A DNA stretch of 64,000 bases from a virus, in IMG/VR virus record IMGVR_UViG_3300047678_000169, positions 16,239 to 80,238 of that record. The stretch is one strand, 5' to 3'. Both the position numbers and the translations under genes were made by a program. This document shows positions 10,477 to 21,198 of this stretch, piece after piece; within the stretch, counting starts at the first letter, position 1, and every line of letters starts with the position of its first letter. Below the pieces are notes generated by a model. That model did no database searches. It worked only from the letters and a program-made list of their open reading frames with translations, and was not told where the DNA came from.

Positions 10477-10495
10477 ATATTTTTTTTCGTCCCAT
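10358..10495 (-). CDS. 45-aa basic MGRK microprotein overlapping the endonuclease start
   Basis: MGRKKIYESTKEKQEAEKRWKREHYARNKERYKKIQMQRYWASKD; TACTTAT promoter just upstream; similar peptide at 30113-30265. Confidence 0.6.
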   Translation of the reverse strand: MGRKKIYESTKEKQEAEKRWKREHYARNKERYKKIQMQRYWASKD

Positions 10496-10541
10496 TGTGG
10501 CGTCCTCTATAAGTATATAACTCTAAATAAAAAACTCTAAA

Positions 10542-11429
10542 TTATTGAACTATTTCTAACATTTCTTTTACAACGGATTTGGTTGTAAGATTCTTTCTCG
10601 TGTGGTCTAACAATTGATTGACGGTATCTTTATACCAATTCATATCTATTTTTGCGCTAGCAACTACCTCGTTGGATTTCAATATCAATTCCTTTGGAAA
10701 TTTCATCATTGTTTCTGGAGGACATTTTTCCAAGTCCGGAAAATATGGTATGCAGCCGTTCATAAGGATTTCTAGGTGTCTAAGCGTGTCCCACCCCCCC
10801 TTTTTGAAAGTCAAGCCAAAATATGATTTCTGATAGTCTTCGAAGTAAGGTTTCTCCTCATCGAAAATGTATGTTTCCAACTTTCCAGGTTGAACAGTTC
10901 CCCAATCTTGGGATTTCTCTGGAACAGAAGACAATACTTTTTCTTCTGGTATACAGAAATTAATAGGATGTAATCTATCAGTTGGAGAAGTATTCAATTC
11001 ACGTTTGAAAAGGTGACCGCCAACATCAATAAGACTATAATCAATTCCCTGATGGTCTTCTCCGTCGATGAAAATAATCTTACCCTTGTTGTAGACTTTC
11101 AATACTTCTTGTATGTAATCTTGACAACGAGTGATTGAGCCATAAACAACGTAATCAAAATACTTGGAACGAATTTTATCGACCAAATCTATTCTTAGAG
11201 AGTCGTCTATGTCTTCAAACGTTCCATACAACGTAAATCCTCTTCCATAGCTTCTACCTTGGTCTGGAACTCTCTCAGTCCAATACTGCTCCTTGTCTTT
11301 TTTATACATATGCCAAATTTTATTAGCATCAATTACATCAGCTCCAAAAAGAGAGCGCAGACCGTGAAACACCATGTCCGATTGAAAATCTGGTAAATCT
11401 CCCTTAGCTATGAATAGAATTTTCATCAT
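10542..11429 (-). CDS. Putative glycosyltransferase (GT-B-like)
   Basis: FIDGED, YFGLTFKKGGWDTLRHLEILMNGCIPYF; glycan-island context. Confidence 0.7.
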   Translation of the reverse strand: MMKILFIAKGDLPDFQSDMVFHGLRSLFGADVIDANKIWHMYKKDKEQYWTERVPDQGRSYGRGFTLYGTFEDIDDSLRIDLVDKIRSKYFDYVVYGSITRCQDYIQEVLKVYNKGKIIFIDGEDHQGIDYSLIDVGGHLFKRELNTSPTDRLHPINFCIPEEKVLSSVPEKSQDWGTVQPGKLETYIFDEEKPYFEDYQKSYFGLTFKKGGWDTLRHLEILMNGCIPYFPDLEKCPPETMMKFPKELILKSNEVVASAKIDMNWYKDTVNQLLDHTRKNLTTKSVVKEMLEIVQ

Positions 11430-12154
11430 TATATTATGGCTCTACCATGTGGTTTTGTCAATGAGAATTTAATATCATCTCTCACGGCCAAAGAAATTTG
11501 TCTAGCTGAAAAATAAGTGGCCAAGATATTCTCAGCGTTTTCAAAGTGGTGTGAATTTAGGTTGGTCACAAACCTTGGAACATATAGAAAACATTCACAA
11601 GCAGCAGTCATAACGTCCGGCCTTCCCCAAAATATTTGGTCAATGATTCCCATGTGGCCGGTTCTTACGATTAGATTTCCAATTTCAATGTCTTTGATAC
11701 TTGGTTCGACAATATCTTGAACAAGTTCCGTGTCGAATCGGAGCCTAACTACAGCATCATAGGTTGTTCCAGTTTCTGCTGAATAAACAATTCTCAGATG
11801 GTCAGCATCATATATCTTTCGAAACATCGAATTGTTTTGAGACAGTTGAGAACCATTTCTGGTTACTATACCCTTCCATTTGGTTTCTAATCTATTTACA
11901 GAACCATCGGTAGCTCTCTCGATGTGGAAATTTCCATGAACTGGCTTGTAGGTGGATAAAAGCCTATCGGTTACGTCGCTAAATTCAAGAGGCGTTGTTG
12001 CATGATGAACGAATTGGACGCCCACGCCACTCTCCACCCAACTGGATAAGAATACATCGCAATCATACTTATCCAACAAAAATTGTTTCAATGCTGGATA
12101 GGTTAATTTGTCCCCATCACGTAAATGACCAGATATACAGACAGCTATTTTCAT
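11429..12154 (-). CDS. Putative glycosyltransferase-like protein
   Basis: MKIAVCISGHLR...YDAVVRLRFD...DQIFWG, a pattern common in glycan loci. Confidence 0.6.
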   Translation of the reverse strand: MKIAVCISGHLRDGDKLTYPALKQFLLDKYDCDVFLSSWVESGVGVQFVHHATTPLEFSDVTDRLLSTYKPVHGNFHIERATDGSVNRLETKWKGIVTRNGSQLSQNNSMFRKIYDADHLRIVYSAETGTTYDAVVRLRFDTELVQDIVEPSIKDIEIGNLIVRTGHMGIIDQIFWGRPDVMTAACECFLYVPRFVTNLNSHHFENAENILATYFSARQISLAVRDDIKFSLTKPHGRAII

Positions 12155-12648
12155 TGTAAATCTTTCTTGAGTTGTTCAACGTTTTTAGAGCATATTCCAT
12201 ATGCTTTCTTCATTTCTTCTCTAGACCACCCATTCTCCTCAGGCATTACTAATACACTTCTTGGTAAAGCAAATTTATAAGGATTGTTAACATGTGTCCA
12301 AACATAAGCTCGGCTGGTGATGGTATAGTCATCCTCTTGATGCCAAAAATAATGCATAGGATTGAATGTAGCCGTCAACCATCTTGGACACGATGAAAGG
12401 ACGCTCAAAGCATCAATGTTCTTACAATGGAGCCACAACCCATCCTTGAATATGAAATCACTTGGAACTTCATATTCAGGTTTGTCATGTCCTAAGAACC
12501 ACTTACCATCGATATATCGAATATCAACCTCGACATCATATCCGAGCATCAAAGCAAAGTTGACCCTTTCTGGATGATTTTCTAATCCAGAATTTGGCCC
12601 GGCTATCAATGCTCTGTGTGCGATTAATTTCAAGACTTGATTCCCCAT
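12151..12648 (-). CDS. Glycerophosphodiester phosphodiesterase-like (PLC-like) protein
   Basis: IAHRA, ENHP, DVEVDI, LGHD, WLHCKN, YFWHQ, GICS. Confidence 0.8.
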   Translation of the reverse strand: MGNQVLKLIAHRALIAGPNSGLENHPERVNFALMLGYDVEVDIRYIDGKWFLGHDKPEYEVPSDFIFKDGLWLHCKNIDALSVLSSCPRWLTATFNPMHYFWHQEDDYTITSRAYVWTHVNNPYKFALPRSVLVMPEENGWSREEMKKAYGICSKNVEQLKKDLQ

Positions 12649-13835
12649 TTGTTCACAGCAATACCATATTCCATTCCATATGCCTTATCGATAGATTGTC
12701 TGATGGCTCTTGCTCCGGCAACCGTTCCCATTGGGTGTCCGTGAATGGCTCCCCCAACGTTTGCCATATAATCTACTCCAAATCGTTTGTTGATACCTTC
12801 AATCAATCCGGCGTGCATACCACAGCTCAAAGCTGGGACTACGTTTCCATCACGAAGAACCTTTAAGGTCTTTTGCAAATCTTCTTCTGATTCGCTCATA
12901 TATCCACCCCACATTCCTGAATGGATTGTGTCAGCTCCCATCAAGGCAGCTAGCTGACAGATAATATCCCAAGCGATGCTGAAGCGGTGTGATTTGTCGG
13001 TGAATACTTTGTCGCCACTCTTTTGAAAGTGAAGATACAACGGGAGGTCCAATCTTCTAACTGAATTATATGCTCCAAGACCACACCAAACATTCAAGTG
13101 AATACCATTGCCACCAGCATCAGCAACAAATTTGGCTCTGTCCAAGATAGCGTGTGGGTCAGCATTGATGGCGGTGCAATAGACCACCTTGCGGCTTTGA
13201 TTGTTGAGCCAATTTGAAATCAATGGAACTCTTTCCTTTAAAGAACACACCGATGGGTTGGATAGAATTTCGTCTTCTTTGATAAAATCTACTCCACCAT
13301 CAACCAACTCCTTTACCATTTCCAATAGAATCTTTGGAGAAATTCCAGTTTTTGGTTTGATGATAGCTCCAAACAGAGGCTTGTCATATTGGCCTGTGTA
13401 GTTTCTCATTCCGGAGAAACCGTATTTTGGTCCTTTAAAATGCTTCTTGACGTTATCAGGAATATCTAAACCAATCAAACGACAGCCTTGAATTATGTCA
13501 ATATCCATTTGTCCTCCCATTAGTTGACACAATAGGTGAGAAATACCATCATCTTCCCAATCGGTGTTTGCTACTGGAAATCCAATTCTAATGTCTCCAT
13601 GTGTCTTCTTTCGTAGGTCATCTTCAGTAAATTCGGTTATAACAATACACGAATGATTTTCAAATAATTCATCTGTTTCGTGAATGCTACGCACGTTTGG
13701 ATTACCAACACTCTGACCAATGGCTAGGTTCCATGCTGCGTCTCTAAGATTTGAGTCGAGCGTAGAACGCAATTGATACGTGGCAATTACATAATCGTTC
13801 TGATTAACATCTGTCAGTGGTTTAAATAACTTCAT
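12630..13835 (-). CDS. RuBisCO-like protein (form IV, RLP)
   Basis: FKGPKYG, GAIIKPKTG, GGVDFIKEDE, DTIHSG, PALSCG, GGAIHGHPMGTVAGARA; lacks E60, N123, H294 and K334 equivalents of true RuBisCO. Confidence 0.92.
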   Translation of the reverse strand: MKLFKPLTDVNQNDYVIATYQLRSTLDSNLRDAAWNLAIGQSVGNPNVRSIHETDELFENHSCIVITEFTEDDLRKKTHGDIRIGFPVANTDWEDDGISHLLCQLMGGQMDIDIIQGCRLIGLDIPDNVKKHFKGPKYGFSGMRNYTGQYDKPLFGAIIKPKTGISPKILLEMVKELVDGGVDFIKEDEILSNPSVCSLKERVPLISNWLNNQSRKVVYCTAINADPHAILDRAKFVADAGGNGIHLNVWCGLGAYNSVRRLDLPLYLHFQKSGDKVFTDKSHRFSIAWDIICQLAALMGADTIHSGMWGGYMSESEEDLQKTLKVLRDGNVVPALSCGMHAGLIEGINKRFGVDYMANVGGAIHGHPMGTVAGARAIRQSIDKAYGMEYGIAVNKWGIKS

Positions 13836-14145
13836 ATTTGTCGTTTGGTAGTGAGGGTGATTTGATGCACAAAACTTTACAGTCTTCGTGAAAAATTGGG
13901 TCGGCTACTTCACCAGCATCAATGGTGAATATGTCGCCTTTGGATAATAGCGTTCCACATATCGTCATACTTCCTTCTAAGAGGACGTTATGTTCAATAG
14001 CTACTTTGTGATAATGCTTGGGCCATTTTTCGTCCTTCTTATGGGTAAGAACACCAATTTCAACGTAGTCAGTCTTCCATATCGAAGGATTGAAATTTCC
14101 AACGAACCAACCACGATGCATATCACTTAATTTAAGAACTTTCAT
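13822..14145 (-). CDS. Cupin-fold protein
   Basis: GWFVGNF, HYHK..IEH metal-binding motif, PSLPNDKY. Confidence 0.8.
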   Translation of the reverse strand: MKVLKLSDMHRGWFVGNFNPSIWKTDYVEIGVLTHKKDEKWPKHYHKVAIEHNVLLEGSMTICGTLLSKGDIFTIDAGEVADPIFHEDCKVLCIKSPSLPNDKYEVI

Positions 14146-14897
14146 TTTGAATTCTCAAGTTCTACAAACTTAGCTAAATCTTCGGGAGTTCCGACAGCGT
14201 GATGTTGTTCATTTGGGATGTGATATACACCAACGGAAACTCCTCTATTTATAAGATAGTTGTATGTTGGGCCAACGTAATACTCTCCATTTGGTGCGGT
14301 ATCTTTCAAACGAATCATTTCTTCGGCTGAAGACACAAAATCCCTTCCTTGTTTCCAATAATGAATTCCGTTGAGGGAGATGTTGCTAATAACCTTTTTC
14401 TCCTTTACCTCCACAACATATCCCGACCTATCCAACTTAGCATAACTGTTCTTTGGAGTTTCTGAAAAGTATGTGACGATTGTTCCTGAATTGTATCTAG
14501 CATTGTGTAGAAATAAATCAGAATTCCACCACATTACTTGGTCACAATTTGCCACTACTAACTCTTCATTGTTGTCGATTTTGTCCTTAAATAACAAAAC
14601 AGAAGACGCCGGGCCAGCGGTTACATAATCGATTTCAACAAACTCAGCATTTGGAAGTATTGAATGAACCACACTCTTGAGCTTGGAAGTGTATGCGTCC
14701 TTTCTGACAACGAAATGATACTTGCCAGGCAGATTCAATGACTTGATTGCCTTAACAATCATTGGTTCTCCATTAATGTCAATTAGTGGCTTTGGGATAG
14801 AATATCCTGCGTCAGCGAAACGTGAGCCGATTCCGGCCATTGGTATTACGATGTTCATACTTGCTTTGGTGGGTATTTGTGCTTCACTTGATTCCAA
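14142..14897 (-). CDS. Sugar/polyol-phosphate nucleotidyltransferase; start probably MNIVIPM near 14858
   Basis: IPMAGIGSRF..GY..PKPLI, NCDQ, EKKVIS, GEYYV, GTPEDL. Confidence 0.9.
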   Translation of the reverse strand: MESSEAQIPTKASMNIVIPMAGIGSRFADAGYSIPKPLIDINGEPMIVKAIKSLNLPGKYHFVVRKDAYTSKLKSVVHSILPNAEFVEIDYVTAGPASSVLLFKDKIDNNEELVVANCDQVMWWNSDLFLHNARYNSGTIVTYFSETPKNSYAKLDRSGYVVEVKEKKVISNISLNGIHYWKQGRDFVSSAEEMIRLKDTAPNGEYYVGPTYNYLINRGVSVGVYHIPNEQHHAVGTPEDLAKFVELENSK

Positions 14898-15595
14898 TAG
14901 TTAATCCAAGATGCTGCTGGTGGGTGGAGTTTGTGATAGAATAATTCATCATCTGGTAAATTGTTGTAGTCCATATACCATCCGTAGTGATGTGCCTGAT
15001 ACAAACCACCAGTTCTGATGGAATTGGTGGAATAGGCTCCGTGAAAATTTGGGCGATTGAGGGCGAATGTCGTGTCGATAGTGGCACGATAAACATCTGG
15101 CTTCAGTGGTTCTTTCCAAAAAGTTGATTCATGAACGAGGACTTGTTCTTTGAGGGGATAGTGGTCTGGCAAATCATCAAGCTTCAATCCAAAACCAACC
15201 TTGTCAGGATTGAATTCTTGCATGATGTTGTAGAAATGCTCTAAGAAATTCTCAGGACAGTCTTTTGCTGGAATTACATCATTGTCGGTTAAAACATTAT
15301 AACTTCCCGTAAACATGGCTCCAAGATAGGTTCTTTCAAACACCAAAGGTCCAGATTCTCCATGTTCAAATCGATGAACGGTGAACATCTTACCATCATA
15401 CGCCTTTAAAAAATCAAGAAGAGGTTGATAGGTAGAACCACAGTCAGCTATATGGAGATTCTTATACCCTCTACTTGTCAATGCTTCCAATTGTTGAACC
15501 ATACAGTTCAATCGATTGTGACAGACAATGATAATGGGAATTTCTTTGAAGTTCATGTAAGAATATCGAAGTGTAATCCATTTTCTTTCTCCCAT
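14855..15595 (-). CDS. Glycosyltransferase family 2-like
   Basis: IIIVCHNR, IADCGSTY, VLTDND, IDTTFAL. Confidence 0.8.
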   Translation of the reverse strand: MGERKWITLRYSYMNFKEIPIIIVCHNRLNCMVQQLEALTSRGYKNLHIADCGSTYQPLLDFLKAYDGKMFTVHRFEHGESGPLVFERTYLGAMFTGSYNVLTDNDVIPAKDCPENFLEHFYNIMQEFNPDKVGFGLKLDDLPDHYPLKEQVLVHESTFWKEPLKPDVYRATIDTTFALNRPNFHGAYSTNSIRTGGLYQAHHYGWYMDYNNLPDDELFYHKLHPPAASWINYWNQVKHKYPPKQV

Positions 15596-16362
15596 TCCTT
15601 TGTGGTGATATTCAAATCAACAGGAGAAAAATGGCTTACACCATGTTTGACATAAGGATATAAACCAAAACGGGAAGAAAGCCAAGGAAAAACTACTTCT
15701 CCATACCATCTATTTTTGATGCGTGTCTTAAAATAAGAATCTGGAGCTTTTTTTAGAAACCAAGACACAACGCTACCTTTGATAACATAAAAAGTCTCAA
15801 CGTAAGACCAATTAACATGAGTATATTTTAGTTCGTCAAAAGGTATGTTCTGAACGATTGGCATTTCTCCGTGGTCGAACTCTAAATGGTCAAGAGTCTT
15901 CCATTGAGTATGTCCGTCAGCCGATTGGCCAACCCCATAATGTCCATAGACACCGATGGAAGGATTTCTATCCAACAGTGCTTCAATTTCTGTTCTTTTG
16001 GATAGAAATTCATTGAGATAGTATTCGAATCTATCCTGACGGTCATTTACTCCACCTTTGGTATGGGCGAACCACACGTTCTTATATGGTTCCTTTGTCC
16101 TCATTCTCATTGCTTTTAAGGCAGCTTGAGTTCCAGATGCGTCTGACTCACAATATAATTCCCTCGGCACCACTGATACCACAAGATTTTGGTGTTTGGA
16201 GCTCAATATTTTGTTATAGACTTCATTGCAAGTGTCTGGATTGATTCCTACGAATACATCAGCATCGGCGAAAGTGGTTTCCAATACCTCTAACCACCTA
16301 TCAATCATCCAAGCTTTGGAAGAGTTGAAAATAGAAACGGAAAATACGACAGCAGATTTCAT
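15553..16362 (-). CDS. Glycan-locus hypothetical protein (GT-like)
   Basis: VWFAHTKG motif; context. Confidence 0.55.
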   Translation of the reverse strand: MKSAVVFSVSIFNSSKAWMIDRWLEVLETTFADADVFVGINPDTCNEVYNKILSSKHQNLVVSVVPRELYCESDASGTQAALKAMRMRTKEPYKNVWFAHTKGGVNDRQDRFEYYLNEFLSKRTEIEALLDRNPSIGVYGHYGVGQSADGHTQWKTLDHLEFDHGEMPIVQNIPFDELKYTHVNWSYVETFYVIKGSVVSWFLKKAPDSYFKTRIKNRWYGEVVFPWLSSRFGLYPYVKHGVSHFSPVDLNITTKEWEKENGLHFDILT

Positions 16363-17297
16363 TGAATGTGGTGTTTTAAGTCTTCAACCGAAGCAGCTAT
16401 TCCAGCATCCATTTCAAATATTGGGCTCCATCCGGTATCTATCCACAATTTGTAATTGCTGATGTGGGTGCTTTTAACGTCCCAATCTGGAGGTTTACAA
16501 TATTCGATTGTAATTTCCGTATTTGTTTCTTTGGATACTTGCCTAATAATATCGTTTATAGAGTAAGACCTTCCGCTACATACATTGTAGGTTCCGACCA
16601 AATCATCTTCAAGAATAGCCTCAATGGCTCGAATAAAATCTAAGTAATAGATAAAATCTTTGGTCGCCCTGCCATCTCCCCAGATTCTTAAAGTTTCATG
16701 TTTAATGGCTGCTTGTATAACCATTGGTATGATGCCCTGTATTTGATTTCTACCATTTGGAATGTATTTTCCATATGGATTGGTAATTCTCAAATTCAAA
16801 TGGTCCGGAGCTTGAGACACTATTCTTTCAGCAAATAGTTTTGCTTGAGCATACCAACCAATCGGATTCATATATGTCAGAGATTCATCTTTCTGGACAT
16901 ATAGTTCAGACCCATCGGGAAAAATTGTTCTAGCAATTGCTTCGCCATAAACGGCACCGGTGGAAAAGAATACAAGTTTGGTTCCACTTTCGGTGGCGTG
17001 TTGAGTTAACAATCTGACATTGTGATAATCCTCTGAGGTGTTCCAAGGACTTCTTTTCATTTCGGCTATCGATGGAACGGTGGTCCATGATAAATGAAAC
17101 ACATAATCAGATTTTTTTAGATAATCGGAGTTGAACAATAGTTTAACATCTTCATAACCTTTGCCGGGCGTCCTTGAAAAAAGAGTGACTTCATATTTCT
17201 GTGGGTCGAGATATGATTTGATTAGTGTTGCTAGGCGGCCACGGCCACCTGTAACAAATACTCTCTTCTTTCTTTCAGCCATGTTAGTATTTAACAA
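16359..17297 (-). CDS. NAD-dependent epimerase/dehydratase
   Basis: VTGGRGRLA, STGAVYG, YAQAK (YxxxK), NPYG, WGDG..TKDFIY. Confidence 0.92.
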   Translation of the reverse strand: MLNTNMAERKKRVFVTGGRGRLATLIKSYLDPQKYEVTLFSRTPGKGYEDVKLLFNSDYLKKSDYVFHLSWTTVPSIAEMKRSPWNTSEDYHNVRLLTQHATESGTKLVFFSTGAVYGEAIARTIFPDGSELYVQKDESLTYMNPIGWYAQAKLFAERIVSQAPDHLNLRITNPYGKYIPNGRNQIQGIIPMVIQAAIKHETLRIWGDGRATKDFIYYLDFIRAIEAILEDDLVGTYNVCSGRSYSINDIIRQVSKETNTEITIEYCKPPDWDVKSTHISNYKLWIDTGWSPIFEMDAGIAASVEDLKHHIQ

Positions 17298-17886
17298 TCT
17301 TTACCAATTTGTCGTTGTTGAAGAATTCTACGCTCTTTATGTTTTCAGATACAAATTTATTCTCTTCGTAAGATAGATGTGGGCTAGCAAATGAATTGGT
17401 TGTTTCCCAATTTCTCAACAAGAAGTCGGTTCTCTCAGCAGCTGGATACAAGGGACAGGTGTGAAGGTCTTCGATGAAATAAATTCCTCCAGACTTCAAG
17501 GCCTTCAATAGAACAAAGAGGCTGACCTGTTGGTGTGGCATTTGGTGTGCTCCATCATCAACGATGAAATCAAGAGGTTCCATATCAGGAATCATACTAT
17601 TCAAGTGCTCTCTATTGGTTTGGTCTAGAATATAGACCTTTTCACAAATACTCTTGTCAAAGAATGAAGAACAATCATTAATATCCATTCCCCAGAGCTT
17701 CATTTCTGGATTATATTCTTTCCACATTCTCAAAGAATCTCCATGCCAAATCCCAATTTCAAGAAGTTTGACTGGGCCTTCACTTGGGACATATTTCTCA
17801 TACGTCAATGTATAGGAATGTTTTTCAAACCATTCCGTTCCTTTGTCTGCGTGGTGCTTGTTAGCAATTTCTGTTAAATTTCTCAT
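17284..17886 (-). CDS. Class I SAM-dependent (sugar O-)methyltransferase
   Basis: DKG...HSY, LLEIG, DQT, IVDDGAH, GGIYFIED. Confidence 0.85.
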   Translation of the reverse strand: MRNLTEIANKHHADKGTEWFEKHSYTLTYEKYVPSEGPVKLLEIGIWHGDSLRMWKEYNPEMKLWGMDINDCSSFFDKSICEKVYILDQTNREHLNSMIPDMEPLDFIVDDGAHQMPHQQVSLFVLLKALKSGGIYFIEDLHTCPLYPAAERTDFLLRNWETTNSFASPHLSYEENKFVSENIKSVEFFNNDKLVKIVKY

Positions 17887-18617
17887 GTTAGTAGTATTGT
17901 GTAGTAGTCTTGAGTTTTTCTCATATAGTCGTCAGTCACTTCTGAGCCTGTGGATGGACCAGAAACAATGAGTCCTCTTAAATAATGTGACCTTAATTCA
18001 ATCAAGTGTTCGATGTTTTCTTGAAAGTTTGGCATCATTGGTGGATGGATGGATAATAGAGTTGGAGGAATCTCATTCCTCAAGAATATAGATTTAGCTA
18101 CAGCATATTCCCCACCCTCAATATCAATCTTTACAAAGTTAATATTACCAGCTTCTTCAATTATAGAACTGACATAATCATCTAAGGTCATACACTCCGT
18201 TTCAAATGATAGCTCAGGCCTGAAATTTCCAACTCTTGTTACACTTTCTCCAAGTCTATTGTCGGAGCCCAACGTCATCTTTCCTTTGTAATCAGATAGA
18301 GCAAATTGATTCACTATGATGTTGGTGAATCCATTTAATGCTATGTTCTTGAACAGTTCTTCTTGAGCAACTGGGTCTGGTTCAAAGCAGTGAACTTTCT
18401 TGGCTAGTTGGGAGCCGTATAAGACGGTTGGACCTATCCACGCCCCAATGTCCAGATAACTTCTGTCTTTTACCAAGTGTTCATCAAAAATCTTATAAAT
18501 TTCCGATTCCCATCCGGAGTTTCCCCAAAATGGTCCGTTCGGAGTTCCTTCTGTAACATTAAATGTGAGATTGTTTCTTTTTACGTTCATAGGCCCATAT
18601 TTTCTTTTTGTGACCAA
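17883..18617 (-). CDS. FkbM-family methyltransferase
   Basis: LDIGAWIG, FEPDP, KIDIEGGE. Confidence 0.9.
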   Translation of the reverse strand: MVTKRKYGPMNVKRNNLTFNVTEGTPNGPFWGNSGWESEIYKIFDEHLVKDRSYLDIGAWIGPTVLYGSQLAKKVHCFEPDPVAQEELFKNIALNGFTNIIVNQFALSDYKGKMTLGSDNRLGESVTRVGNFRPELSFETECMTLDDYVSSIIEEAGNINFVKIDIEGGEYAVAKSIFLRNEIPPTLLSIHPPMMPNFQENIEHLIELRSHYLRGLIVSGPSTGSEVTDDYMRKTQDYYTILLT

Positions 18618-19282
18618 TTCTTCAAATAGAATTCGTTTTGTTTTGTTTGTCTTTCGATGGTCTTATCGTGTATCAGAGAGAAATTAACATCAATTGGCAA
18701 TTCCGCAACAACCTTGGCTCCGGAGATTCTTTCATGTAGCTTTCTCTCCCACTTAATATCAGATGTATTTCTATAGATTCTGCCCTGTTTGTCTCCTGAG
18801 TTCCAGTTGATAATTGGTAGACCAGGAAACTCTTCCAAGAACGATACATGCCACCCCCATCTTTTAGCATCGGCCTCGGTCAAACCTCTGACAATATTAA
18901 CTCTTGGAACCCTATACAACTCTACAGATGGATTCGATTCCAATATCTCATGTATGTTCTCAATCAAAAAATCAGAAGGATATTCGTCAGCGTCTATTTG
19001 AAATACCCAACGATTTTTACAGTTGAGGGTTCCGAAGTTTTTATGTGCTCCAAAATCCCCATCTAAGTTGTGCTTGATTACTCTTCCCAATTTGGAAGAT
19101 GTGCTGAACAATGGGTGGAAAGCCAGTATCTTCTTAGTCTCTTCATTTGTTGAATTATCATCAACAATGATGATTTCATCGTCGGTGTTAGCAACGGTGT
19201 GATATAGTTTTTCAAGAAGCCGACTCAATTCGTCGGCTTCGTTGTGAACCGTTATCAAGTAAGAGATACTTGACTTAGCCAT
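18587..19282 (-). CDS. Glycosyltransferase family 2
   Basis: ITVHNE, VDDNS, FQIDADE, LHE. Confidence 0.88.
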   Translation of the reverse strand: MAKSSISYLITVHNEADELSRLLEKLYHTVANTDDEIIIVDDNSTNEETKKILAFHPLFSTSSKLGRVIKHNLDGDFGAHKNFGTLNCKNRWVFQIDADEYPSDFLIENIHEILESNPSVELYRVPRVNIVRGLTEADAKRWGWHVSFLEEFPGLPIINWNSGDKQGRIYRNTSDIKWERKLHERISGAKVVAELPIDVNFSLIHDKTIERQTKQNEFYLKNWSQKENMGL

Positions 19283-19285
19283 GAA

Positions 19286-20902
19286 TTACATTCCTTCTTG
19301 TGGAATCTGCTGTTGAATTTGCTCGGCCTCATCTTCAATGTCAGCAATCATACATTCGGTGGTCAATAATAGACCAGCGATGGATGCAGCGTTTTGAAGA
19401 GCGGTGCGCGTGACCTTTGTTGGGTCAACAACTCCGGAAACAACCAAGTCTTGATAAACATCGGTTGCGACATTGTAACCGTAATTTCCCGTGTTCTTCA
19501 ACACTTCACTTACTACAACGTCTCCACTCTTTCCTGCATTTGAACACAGCATCTTGATTGGGTGTTCGATGGCTCTACGAACAATTTGAGCTCCAATTTG
19601 TTCATCGCCTTCTAACTTGAGAGCGTCAATAACCGAAGCACATCTCAATAGAGCAACTCCTCCACCCGGAACAATTCCCTCTTCAACTGCGGCACGTGTT
19701 GCGTGCAAGGCATCTTCAACACGGTCTTTCTTTTCTTTCATTTCGGATTCGGTGGCTGCGCCCGTGTGGACAACTGCAACTCCGCCAGTTAGTTTGGCAA
19801 GGCGTTCTTGAAGCTTCTCACGCTCGAAGTCAGAAGTCGATTTCTCAATTTCATTCTTAATGAGCTTAATACGAACTTCAATGGCAGCTGGTTTGCCCGT
19901 TCCGCCGATGATGGTGGTGCTATCCTTTGTTACAATAATCTTCTTAGCCTGACCCAAATCAGCAAAGGTTAATTTGTCAAGATTGAGCCCAAGCTCAGAG
20001 GTAATCAATTTTGCTCCAGTGATGGTCGCAATGTCCTCGAGGGTAGCACGGCGTCTATCACCAAATCCAGGTGCCTTAACAGCACATGAAACGAAAGCTC
20101 CACGAACTCTGTTTACAACCATAAAGGCGAGAGCATCACCCTCAACATCTTCAGCTATAACAAGGAGCTTCTTTCCCATCTTAGCAATTTCTGTAAAGAA
20201 TTTGGCCAATGGGGCTATGGTGGTGAGCTTCTTTTCGATAACCAGAACCAAAGCGTCATCAAGAACAGCTTGTTGGGTTTCTTGGTCTGCAAAATAAGCG
20301 GAAATGAATCCCTTATCGAACTGCATACCCTCAACGACCTCAAGAGTCGTATCCATTGAGCTAGCTTCTTCAACGGTGATTGTTCCATCCTTACCAACCT
20401 TATCCATGGCGTCGGCAATAATGTTACCAATTGAGGTATCCCAGTTGGCGGAGACGGTGGCGACCTGGCGAATCTCTTCGCTGCTGCTTACCTTTTTAGA
20501 GATTTTGGCTAATTCTGCTACAGCAGCTACTACAGCCTTGTCGATACCACGCTTCAAATACACCGGATTTGCGCCAGCGGCTACGGTCTTTAGACCTTCA
20601 CGATAGATTGCGGATGCAAGAACCGTTGCGGTGGTTGTTCCGTCTCCGGCCAAATCGTTGGTCTTGGAAGCAACTTCTTTTACCATTTGAGCACCCATGT
20701 TCTCAAACTTATCTTTGAGTTGAATAGACTTAGCAACCGTAACTCCGTCTTTGGTAATCAATGGAGAACCAAATCCACGTTCGATGGCGACATTGCGACC
20801 CTTGGGCCCCAATGTTACACTGACCGCATTTGATAGGGTTGTTACTCCAGCCAAGATTTTATTTCTGGCCTCTGCACTAAATAGGATTTCTTTTGATTTC
20901 AT
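19286..20902 (-). CDS. groEL: Chaperonin GroEL
   Basis: [37 protein letters not shown]; lacks the GGM tail. Confidence 0.98.
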   Translation of the reverse strand: MKSKEILFSAEARNKILAGVTTLSNAVSVTLGPKGRNVAIERGFGSPLITKDGVTVAKSIQLKDKFENMGAQMVKEVASKTNDLAGDGTTTATVLASAIYREGLKTVAAGANPVYLKRGIDKAVVAAVAELAKISKKVSSSEEIRQVATVSANWDTSIGNIIADAMDKVGKDGTITVEEASSMDTTLEVVEGMQFDKGFISAYFADQETQQAVLDDALVLVIEKKLTTIAPLAKFFTEIAKMGKKLLVIAEDVEGDALAFMVVNRVRGAFVSCAVKAPGFGDRRRATLEDIATITGAKLITSELGLNLDKLTFADLGQAKKIIVTKDSTTIIGGTGKPAAIEVRIKLIKNEIEKSTSDFEREKLQERLAKLTGGVAVVHTGAATESEMKEKKDRVEDALHATRAAVEEGIVPGGGVALLRCASVIDALKLEGDEQIGAQIVRRAIEHPIKMLCSNAGKSGDVVVSEVLKNTGNYGYNVATDVYQDLVVSGVVDPTKVTRTALQNAASIAGLLLTTECMIADIEDEAEQIQQQIPQEGM

Positions 20903-20904
20903 AA

Positions 20905-21198
20905 TTATTTCTCGACTCCGAGGATTTCTTCGATGTGTAGAAGATAGTGTTTGGCACCATCAACCTTAAATTCATTTCTTAGGTTCTTAGGAACAATAGC
21001 GGTAGCCTCAGGAACAAGCTCTTCTGGAACTTGAACGTCCTTGGTTCCCTTACCGACAGCTATTACAACGGCTCTATTGAGTCCATCAACTGCTGTAGGT
21101 GGTATGTAAAGTTCAAAATCACCTGATTTTGTGGTTTCTTCGGCCTCAACAAGTCTTACTAAGACCATGTTGCCAAGTGGAATTATTGTTTTGCTCAT
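20905..21198 (-). CDS. groES: Co-chaperonin GroES
   Basis: [24 protein letters not shown]; adjacent to groEL. Confidence 0.9.
   Translation of the reverse strand: MSKTIIPLGNMVLVRLVEAEETTKSGDFELYIPPTAVDGLNRAVVIAVGKGTKDVQVPEELVPEATAIVPKNLRNEFKVDGAKHYLLHIEEILGVEK

Noticed and set aside
12630-13835. True CO2-fixing RuBisCO
   Set aside because: E60, N123, H294 and loop-6 K334 equivalents are absent, and there is no small subunit or PRK nearby; it is a form IV RLP.
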